Origin: an uncultured Solirubrobacteraceae bacterium | Lineage (GTDB): Bacteria; Actinomycetota; Thermoleophilia; Solirubrobacterales; Solirubrobacteraceae | Assembly: GCA_963710665.1 (NCBI GenBank) | Contig: CAVQBC010000005.1 | Coordinates: 158,370-222,369, forward strand | Direction: 5' to 3' | Length of the DNA stretch: 64,000 nt | Notes under the pieces: model-generated | What the model was told of the DNA's origin: nothing | The model's input: the letters and a program-made list of their open reading frames with translations, nothing else | Databases searched by the model: none | Shown: one piece after another, positions 36,788-44,961 of the stretch | How positions within the stretch are numbered: position 1 is the first letter of the stretch | Layout: every line of letters starts with the position of its first letter | Position numbers and translations under genes: made by a program

Positions 36788-39213
36788 ATGGCGACGCAGA
36801 CCTTCGGCGAGCGGATCACGCGCAACGAGGACCCGCGGCTGCTGCGGGGCGAGGGCCGCTACCTCGACGACGTCGACGCCCACGGCGCGCTGCATGTCGC
36901 GTTCCTGCGCTCGGCGGTCGCCCACGCGCGGATCGCCAGGCTCGACGTCTCCGCGGCGCGCGCCCACCCCGGCGTCGTGCGCGTCTACACCGCGGAGGAC
37001 CTCGGGCGGCTCGACCAGCCGTCCCCGCTGCTGATCCCCCATCCCGCGATGACCCACCCGCGCACGCAGCGCCCGCTGGCGAGCGACGAGGTCACCTACG
37101 TCGGTCAGACGGTGGCCTGCGTGGTGGCCGTCGACCGCTACGTCGCCGAGGACGCGATCGAGCTGATCGAGGTCGCCTACGACCCGCTGCCGGTGCTCGT
37201 CGACCTCGAGGAGGCGGCCGCGGAGGGCGCGCCGCTGGTCCACGCCGACGTCCCGGGCAACCTCGCCTGCCACCACGTGCAGACCAACGGCGATCCCGAC
37301 CGGGCGTTCGCGGAGGCCGAGGTGACGGTGTCCGAGACGTTCACGATCGATCGCAGCGCCGGGATGCCGCTCGAGGCGCGCGGCGTGCTCGCGATCCCGG
37401 ACACCCGCTCCGGCGAGCTCACGGTCTACGACTCGACGCAGGCGCCGATCTCGATCCGCGGCGGGCTCGCCTCGCTCTTCCGCCTGCCCGAGAACAAGGT
37501 GCGCGTGATCGCCCCCGATACGGGCGGCGGGTTCGGCACCAAGGTGATGATGTTCTACCCCGAGGAGATCGTGGTGCCGTTCGCGGCGCTCGACCTCGGC
37601 CGGCCGGTCAAGTGGGTCGAGGACCGCACCGAGCACTTCATCGGCTCGAACCACGAGCGCCGGCAGATCCACACGATCGAGCTGGCGGCGCGCCGCGACG
37701 GCACGGTCCTCGGGCTGCGCGACACCTTCCTCCACGACACCGGCGCCTTCATCCCCTACGGCATCGCCGTGGCGCAGGTCGCGGCCGCCCAGATCGCCGG
37801 CCCGTACAAGATCGAGCACATCGACGTCGGCTTCCGGGCGATCTACACCAACACCGTGCCGGTGAGCCCCTACCGCGGCTGCGGGCGCCCGCAGGCGTGC
37901 CTGACCATCGAGCTCGCGATGGACAAGCTGGCCGCCGAGCTCGGGATCGACCGCATGGAGCTGCGGCGGCGCAACTTCATCGCCCCCGACGACTTCCCCC
38001 ACACCCGCGAGGGCCTGATCTTCGCCGACGGCAAGCCGGTCGTGCTCGACTCCGGCGACTACCCCGGCGCGCTCGCCGACGTGCTCTCAGAGCTCGACTA
38101 CGAGGGCTTCCTGCGCGAGCAGGCCGCCGCGCGCGAGCAGGGCCGCTACCTCGGGCTCGGGCTGGCGTGCTACATCGAGGGGACCGGCCTCGGCCCGTAC
38201 GAGGGCGCGCGCGTCCAGGTCCGCCCGACCGACGGCAGGGTGTTCGTCGCGACCGGGCTCACCAGCCAGGGGCAGGCCCACCAGACGACGTTCGCCCAGA
38301 TCGTCGCCGACCGGCTGGGCGTCGACCCGTCCGAGGTGGAGGTCACGACCGGGGACACGGGCGAGTTCCCCTACGGCGTGGCCACCTTCGCGAGCCGCGC
38401 CGCCGTCGTGAGCGGCACGGCGATCCACCGGGCCGCGCAGGGGCGGTGCGCGAGCGGGCGATCGAGCTCGCGGCCAACATGCTCGAGGCCGACCCCGAGG
38501 ACCTCGTGCTCGAGGAGGGCATGGTGCGCGTGAAGGGCTCGCCGGGCCACGGCGTGCCGCTCAAGCAGATCGCGGTGGCGTCGAACCCGCTGCGCTACGC
38601 CTTCGACGAGGACGCGCAGGCGGCCACGCAGTTCGCGCCCGCGCATCCCCCCGACGCGAACAAGCCGCTGCCCGAGGGCGAGCACCCCGGCCTCGAGGCC
38701 ACCGCGTGGTACAGCCCGGAGCTCTCGACGTGGGCGAGCGGGACGCACGCGGCCGTCGTCGAGGTCGACCCCGAGACGTGCGAGGTGCGCTTCCTGCGCT
38801 ACGTGTGCTCGCACGACTGCGGGAAGATGATCAACCCCCAGGTGGTCGAGGGGCAGGTCCTCGGCGGGGTCGCCCAGGGGGTCGGCGGGGCCTACTACGA
38901 GCGCATGTCCTACGACGAGGACGGCCAGCTCACCAACGCGTCGCTGATGGAGTTCCTCATGCCCTACGCGACCGAGGTGCCGGCGGTGACGGTCCTGCAC
39001 CGCGAGACCCCGTCGCCGCTCAACGAGCTCGGCGTCAAGGGCGTGGGGGAGGCGGGCGCGATCCCGGTGCCGGCCCTGTTCGCCGCCGCCGTCCAGGACG
39101 CGCTGCAGCCGCTCGGCGTCCGCGTCACCCAGGTGCCGCTCAGCCCGAACCGCATCCACGAGCTGATCGAGGCCGCGGGTAACGGCGACCGGAGCGCTCA
39201 GTGGCCGGGGTGA
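36788..39213 (+). pseudogene. molybdopterin-binding large subunit (CoxL/XdhA-like) interrupted by a -1 frameshift
   Basis: The N-terminal ~550 aa (RNEDPRLLRGEGRYLDD...YRGCGRP) are in the 36788 frame. The C-terminus (AVRERAIELAANMLE...GVKGVGEAGAIP) is in the 37612 frame. The junction is a G-run at 38440-38443; adding one G restores AAQGAVRER. Confidence 0.8.
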
Positions 39214-40046
39214 CCCGGACGCCAGCCGATCGCCAGCGAGAGCGACGCGGCGGCCTCGGACACGGCGCCCACGAGCCGCTCGAGGTAGGCGTCGTCGTTC
39301 ATCCGCGCGCTGCGGGCGATCAGCGTGGTGCAGGCGACGACGTCCCCGCCCGCGTCGCGCACGGGACTCGCGACCGAGCCGACGCCCAGCTGGAGGTCGT
39401 CGCGGGTCACGGCGTAGCCGGCCGCCCGGACCTCCTCGATGCGCTCCCGCAGCTGCTCGGGGTCGGTGATCGTCAGCGCCGTGAACGGGCGCAGCGACCC
39501 CTCGAGCACGCGCTCGCGCACGACCTTCGGCGCGTAGGCGAGCAGCAGGTGGCCCTTGGAGGCGACGTTGAGCGGCCACGAGAAGCCGGGCTGGGTCTTG
39601 GCGATGCTCGTCGGGGCGTCGACGTACATCAGCGTGATGACGCGCAGGCCCTGGCGCTCGTTGAGCTGCGCGGCGCAGCGCATCTCCTCGCCGGCCGGCT
39701 TGAGGTGCGGCGGCGCGGCCTGCACGAGCGGGTGGCTGTTCAGGTAGGCCGAGCCGAGCCGGTAGAGGTGCGACCCCACGGAGTACACGCCGGTGGCGGA
39801 GTCGACCCGCAGGTACCCGTGCTCCTCGAGGTAGGCGAGCGTCCGGTAGGCCGTGGTCCACTTGAGGCCGAGCCGGCTCGCGAGCTCCTTGGCGCGCATC
39901 GGGCGCTCGGCGACCGCCTCGATGATCGTCATCGCGCGGCCGACGCCCTGCAGCGCGGCGTAGCGGCCGGGGCTCGAGCGCGGGCCCGCACCCGCCTCGC
40001 CGGTGAGCGCTTCGACGTCCGCGAGATCGGCTGACCGGCGAGCCAT
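39198..40046 (-). CDS. IclR family transcriptional regulator
   Basis: From ATG 40046: GVGRAMTIIEAVAERPMRAKELASRLGLKWTTAYRTLAYLEEHGYLRVD plus an effector domain. Confidence 0.85.
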   Translation of the reverse strand: MARRSADLADVEALTGEAGAGPRSSPGRYAALQGVGRAMTIIEAVAERPMRAKELASRLGLKWTTAYRTLAYLEEHGYLRVDSATGVYSVGSHLYRLGSAYLNSHPLVQAAPPHLKPAGEEMRCAAQLNERQGLRVITLMYVDAPTSIAKTQPGFSWPLNVASKGHLLLAYAPKVVRERVLEGSLRPFTALTITDPEQLRERIEEVRAAGYAVTRDDLQLGVGSVASPVRDAGGDVVACTTLIARSARMNDDAYLERLVGAVSEAAASLSLAIGWRPGHPGH

Positions 40047-40069
40047 GGCGCGACGGCATCCTAACGCCG

Positions 40070-40094
40070 GTCCGGACAGCGAACACGGTATTCG
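40070..40094. promoter_or_regulatory. operator-like motif, site C (IclR / hyuA2 divergent region)
   Basis: GTCCG-GACAG-CGAAC-ACGGT-ATTCG; 24 nt from the IclR ATG. Confidence 0.6.
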
Positions 40095-40125
40095 CGAGGC
40101 GGACGTCAGCGCGGGAACACCGGGC

Positions 40126-42175
40126 CTGCGCGTCGCGGTCGACACCGGCGGCACGTTCACCGACGTCGTCGCGATCGACGAGGCGGCGGGGCGGACCTAC
40201 GTGACCAAGACGCCGTCGACCCCGCGCGAGCCGTGGGTCGCGCTGATGGACGGGCCTGCGCAAGATCGCGGCCGAGGCGGGCGGCGAGCTCGGCGGCGTC
40301 TCGACGCTCATCCACGGCACCACCACCGCGACCAACGCGCTGCTCGAGGGCCGCTTCGACCGGCTGGGGCTGATCGTCACGCGCGGCTTCCGCCACCTGC
40401 TCGAGATCGCGCGCCAGTCGGTCCCCGACGGCTACGGCAACTCCTACTTCTGGGTCAAGCCGCCGCGCATCGTCGCGCTCGAGCGCGTGGAGGAGGTCGG
40501 CGGGCGCATGGACCACCACGGGGCGGAGCTCACCGCGCTCGACTCCGACGACGTGCGCGCCGCCGGCGAGCGCTTCGCCCGGCTCGGCGTGGACTGCGTC
40601 GCGGTCTGCCTGCTGCACGCCTACGCCAACCCCGCCCACGAGCTGCGCGCGCGCGAGCTGCTGACCGAGTCGCTGCCGGACGCGTTCGTGTCGCTGTCCT
40701 GCGAGGTCCTGCCCGAGTACCGCGAGTACGAGCGCGCGATGACCACCACGATCGACGTGATGGTCAAGCCACACACGCGCGACTACCTCATGCGCGGCCG
40801 GCGCGAGCTCGACGCGGCGACCGGCGGCGTGCCGTTCCTGATCATGCAGAGCAACGGCGGTGTCGTCGGCGTCGAGCGCGCAGCGGAGAAGCCGATCACC
40901 ACGCTGCTCTCCGGCCCGGCCGCGGGCGTGCTCGGGGCGAGCTTCGTCGCCGAGCGCGCGGGCTACCGCGACCTGCTCACGCTCGACGCCGGCGGGACCT
41001 CCACCGACGTCGCGCTCGTCGAGGACCTGCGGCCGCTCTACACGACCGAGGGCCGCTTCGACCGCTTCCCGATCAAGACCCCGATGGTCGACGTCGTGGC
41101 GGTCGGGACCGGCGGCGGGTCGATCGCCTGGATCGGCCCGCAGCGGGCGCTCAAGGTCGGGCCGCGCAGCGCGGGGGCCGACCCCGGGCCGATCTGCTAC
41201 CTGCGCGGCGGGACCGAGCCGACGGTGACCGACGCCAACCTCGTGCTGGGGCGGATCCCGCCGCGGCTCGCGTGGGGCCAGGTGCCGCTCGACGTCGACG
41301 CCGCGCGCGAGGGGGTCGCGCGCCTGGGCGCGGAGCTCGGGCTCGGGCTCGAGGACACCGCGCTCGGCATCCTCGAGATCGCGGCGTGGAACCAGTCCAA
41401 CGGGATCCGCCGCGTGTCGATCGAGCGCGGCCGCGAGCCGAGCGACTACTGCCTGGTCGCCTTCGGCGGGTCCGGCGGCATGCTCGCCCATCACGTCGCG
41501 GGGCTGCTCGGGATCCGGACCGTGCTCGTGCCCGAGAACCCGGGGAACCTCTCGGCGTTCGGCCTGCAGGTGACCGACATCAAGCGCGACTACGTCCGCA
41601 CGCTGGTGCGCGACGAGACGCGCGCGAGCGCCGCGGAGCTCGAACGGGCCTGGACCGAGCTCGAGCGGCGCGGGCGCGACGACCTGCTGGGCGAGGGCGT
41701 CCCCGCCGAGGCGATCGTCCTGCGGCGCTCGGCCGACATGCGCTACGTCGGCGAGGCGCACGAGGTGCAGGTGCCGGCGGCCGAGGGGCCGCTCACCGAC
41801 GCGACGCTGCCGGCGCTGTTCGGCGCCTTCCACGGGGTGCACGAGCGGACGTTCGGCTACGCCTACGAGGGCCTCCAGCACGGCGAGATCGTCAACCTCC
41901 GGGTGGAGGCGGTCGGGTCCGTGCGCCGCCCGCGGCTGCAGGCCGACGAGGCCGCCCCGGCGGCGAGCGAGGCCGAGCCCGTCGAGCACCGGGACGTCGT
42001 CTTCGACGGCCTCGGCGCGGTCGCGTGCCCGATCCACCTGCGCGAGCGTCTCGCCCCGGGCGCGCGGCTGGACGGCCCCGCGGTCGTCGAGGAGTCGGGG
42101 TCCACCGTGGTGGTCTACGACGGCTGGACCGCGCGCGTGGACCGGTACCGCAACCTGATCACCGAGCGAGGTTGA
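40126..42175 (+). pseudogene. second hydantoinase/oxoprolinase A-type subunit (HyuA2) with a +1 frameshift; start codon uncertain
   Basis: (L/M)RVAVDTGGTFTDVVAIDE...VALMDG is in the 40003 frame. It continues as LRKIAAEAGGELGGVSTLIHGTTTATNALLE in the 40487 frame. The junction is at GAC GGG C CTG (40252-40255). CTG 40126 aligns with the MRVGIDVGGTFTD start of HyuA1; the in-frame ATG at 40045 would cover operator C. Confidence 0.75.
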
Positions 42176-42176
42176 C

Positions 42177-44087
42177 ATGGCGACCCAGTCACGCGAGCGC
42201 GCGGCGTCCGGCCGGCTGAACCCCGTCACGCTCGAGGTCATCGAGGGCTCGGTCCGCTCCGCGGAGCTCGAGATCGAGGCGGCGGTCGAGCGCACCGCCC
42301 GCTCGCCGATGATCCGCGACCAGCACGACTACCGCGTGGCGCTGTTCGACCGTCGTGGGCGCAAGCTCACCGGCCGCTCGTACTCGGCCCTGGTCGAGCC
42401 CGTGCTCGAGCGCTTCGACGTCGACGACATGCAGCCCGGCGACGTCTTCTTCTTCAACGACCCCTACCAGTCGGCGGGCGGGATCGGGCACGTGCCCGAC
42501 CTGTGCACGACCGTCCCGATCTTCGCCGACGGCCGCGTGATCGCCTTCGCCCAGGTCTTCGGCCACCATGACGACGTCGGCGGGATGGTGCCGGGCTCGC
42601 TGCCTACCAACGCCACCTCGATCTACCAGGAGGGGCTGCTCGTCCCGCCGCTCAAGCTCTACGACGCGGGGCGGCCGAACGAGGGCGCGCTGGCGATGAT
42701 CGAGCGCAACTCCCGGCTCCCCGACCACCTGCGGGGCGACATCGACGCCGAGATCGGCGCCTGCCTGGTGGGCTCGCGGCGCATCGTCGCGCTCGCCGAG
42801 CGCTACGGGGCCGGCGTCGTGGAGGAGGCGTTCGACGAGCTGATCGCCAAGTGCACGCGCGTGGTGCGCGAGGAGCTGCTCCCGAAGATCGCCGACGGCG
42901 TCTACCACTGGGAGGACTACGTCGAGAACGACGGCGTCGGCGAGCCGCGGCTGCACGCGCTGCGGATGACGATGACCAAGACCGCCGACAAGCTGGTCCT
43001 CGACTTCAACGGCACCGATCCGCAGGCCCGCGGGCCCATCAACTGGGCCACGAACTTCAACGACGGGCGGTTCGCCAAGAAGTGGATCGGCCCGATCCTG
43101 CGCAACCTTGCCGACACGCCCGAGCGCGCGGCCGAGATCGACATCAACGAGGGCATCTGCGACGTGATCGACATCGTCTTCCCGCCCCCGGGGACGCTCG
43201 TCTCGCCGCGCTTCCCCGCCCCGGTCGGAATGCGCTTCTTCACGTTCCTGCGCGTGCTGGGGATCTTCGCGGGGTGCCTCGCCAAGGCGACCGGCGGGCG
43301 CATGCCGGCCGACCAGGAGACGATCCGCATCTGGGGGATCCACGGCTCCGACGAGGAGCGCTTCTTCCTCTTCCGCGAGGTGCTCGGCGGCGGCTCGGGC
43401 GGCCGCTGGTACGCGGACGGCTCGGACGTCATCCACATCGTCCCGAACTCGCGCAACCTCCCGGCCGAGTTCTCGGAGACCCGCTTCCCGATCCTCGTCG
43501 AGCAGCTCGGGCTCAAGCAGGACTCCGGCGGCCCCGGCGAGCGCCGCGGCGGGCTCGGGTACGACAAGCGGATCCGCGCCCTGCGCGACGTCAAGCTGCT
43601 CTCCAACGCCGACCGCTCCATCCTCAACACCTACGGGCTGGCGGGCGGGCGCGCCGGCGGGCGCTACGCGGTGTCCGTCCAGCGCCCGGACGCGGACGCC
43701 GCGGAGCCCGTGCCGGGGCTGGCCGACGACGTCGACGTGCCCGCGGGCTCGGTCATCCGCATCGTGACCACGGGCGGCGGAGGCTGGGGGGACCCGCTGC
43801 GCCGCGACCCCGAGGAGCTGCGCCTCGACGTGTGGCGCGGCGTCGTGTCGCCCGAGAGCGCCGAGCGGGACTACGGCGTGGTCCTCACCCCGGGCGATCC
43901 GCCGCGGCTCGACCTCGAGGCGACGGCGGCGCGGCGCGCCGAGCTCGCCGCCGCGCGCGCCGCGCCGCGGATGTTCGACCGCGGGGCCGGCTACGAGGAG
44001 ATGCTCGAGCGCGCGGGGCCGGTGCGGCGCCCGCCGGGCTGGGACGATCCGGACGCCGTCGACGCCGACGGTGAGCCCACCGCCTAG
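42177..44087 (+). CDS. second hydantoinase B/oxoprolinase-family subunit (HyuB2; acetone-carboxylase/caprolactamase-like clade possible)
   Basis: NPVTLEVIEGSVRSAELEIEAAV...NDPYQSAGGIGHVPD...GGGGWGDPLRRDPEEL; 636 aa. Confidence 0.9.
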   Translation: MATQSRERAASGRLNPVTLEVIEGSVRSAELEIEAAVERTARSPMIRDQHDYRVALFDRRGRKLTGRSYSALVEPVLERFDVDDMQPGDVFFFNDPYQSAGGIGHVPDLCTTVPIFADGRVIAFAQVFGHHDDVGGMVPGSLPTNATSIYQEGLLVPPLKLYDAGRPNEGALAMIERNSRLPDHLRGDIDAEIGACLVGSRRIVALAERYGAGVVEEAFDELIAKCTRVVREELLPKIADGVYHWEDYVENDGVGEPRLHALRMTMTKTADKLVLDFNGTDPQARGPINWATNFNDGRFAKKWIGPILRNLADTPERAAEIDINEGICDVIDIVFPPPGTLVSPRFPAPVGMRFFTFLRVLGIFAGCLAKATGGRMPADQETIRIWGIHGSDEERFFLFREVLGGGSGGRWYADGSDVIHIVPNSRNLPAEFSETRFPILVEQLGLKQDSGGPGERRGGLGYDKRIRALRDVKLLSNADRSILNTYGLAGGRAGGRYAVSVQRPDADAAEPVPGLADDVDVPAGSVIRIVTTGGGGWGDPLRRDPEELRLDVWRGVVSPESAERDYGVVLTPGDPPRLDLEATAARRAELAAARAAPRMFDRGAGYEEMLERAGPVRRPPGWDDPDAVDADGEPTA

Positions 44088-44878
44088 CCCGCCTTGCGCT
44101 CGGCGTAGGTGCCGCCCTCGCGGGCGAGCTGCTCGACCAGCCGCTCGAGGCCGTCGATGATCGCGGCGAGGAAGCGCTCGCCGGACTCCGCCGAGGCGGT
44201 CTGCGGCGCGCCGAAGATCGCCGGATGACCGGCCGCGGCCGTGGGGAACGGCGCGTACGTGCGGGCCGGCTCGACCGGCGCCACCAGGTCCCACGCGACG
44301 AGCGGCGCGTGCACGCCGTCGAGGCGCTCCATGTGCACGAGGTGCGGGCGGGTCGCGAGCTGGAACGACGTCTCGAGCTCGCACGCGTGCCCCATGCCGC
44401 CCACGGGGGAGCGGCGGAGCGCGTGCAGCTCGGCGGCCGCCGGCTCCCAGTAGCTCAGGGCGCTGATCTGTACGGGGGCAGCGCCGGCGGCGTCCACGAT
44501 CCGGCGCGCGGCGACGTCGACCGCCGTGCCGTTGGGCCGGTGCCCGTTGAGCAGCCAGATGCGGCGGAAGCCCTGGCGCACGAGGCTCCCGCCGATCTCG
44601 ACGAGGACCTGCTGGAAGGTCTCGGGCGACAGCGTGATCGTGCCGGGGAAGCCCATCCACATCTCGGCGTAGCCGTAGGGCAGCGCGGGCGCGACGACGC
44701 CGCCGACGCGCTCGGCCAGCAGCCGCGCGACCTCGCCCGCCTGGTGGGTGTCCGTGTCGAGCGGCATGTGCGGGCCGTGCGCCTCGGTCGACCCGATGGG
44801 CACGATGACCAGCCGGTCCGCCGCGGCGAGCTCGCCCGCCTCCGGCCAGGTGTGATCTCCGAGCAGGACGCTTGCCAT
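44084..44878 (-). CDS. creatininase (creatinine amidohydrolase/ArfB/MftE) family amidohydrolase
   Basis: The real gene is the C-terminal 264 aa of the 954-aa ORF, from ATG 44878 with AGGAG upstream. Motifs: VIVPIGSTEAHGPHMPLDTD, LLNGHRPN and GHACELETS. Confidence 0.85.
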   Translation of the reverse strand: MASVLLGDHTWPEAGELAAADRLVIVPIGSTEAHGPHMPLDTDTHQAGEVARLLAERVGGVVAPALPYGYAEMWMGFPGTITLSPETFQQVLVEIGGSLVRQGFRRIWLLNGHRPNGTAVDVAARRIVDAAGAAPVQISALSYWEPAAAELHALRRSPVGGMGHACELETSFQLATRPHLVHMERLDGVHAPLVAWDLVAPVEPARTYAPFPTAAAGHPAIFGAPQTASAESGERFLAAIIDGLERLVEQLAREGGTYAERKAG

Positions 44879-44887
44879 GCCGCTCCT

Positions 44888-44912
44888 ATTCGCTGGACGA
44901 ACACGATGTTCG
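44888..44912. promoter_or_regulatory. operator-like motif, site D (directly upstream of the creatininase-family gene)
   Basis: ATTCG-CTGGA-CGAAC-ACGAT-GTTCG. Begins 10 nt from the start codon, abutting the Shine-Dalgarno. Confidence 0.6.
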
Positions 44913-44961
44913 TTCAGACACGCTACGGGCGTCCGGCGACCGCCGCAACCCGCCCCCGGGG

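Noticed and set aside
44084-44878. The creatininase-family gene as MftE of a mycofactocin (RiPP) cluster
   Set aside because: No mftA-like peptide, mftB or radical SAM mftC, and no mftD/F neighbours. The only radical SAM gene in the window is pqqE, 34 kb away. The local context is catabolic.
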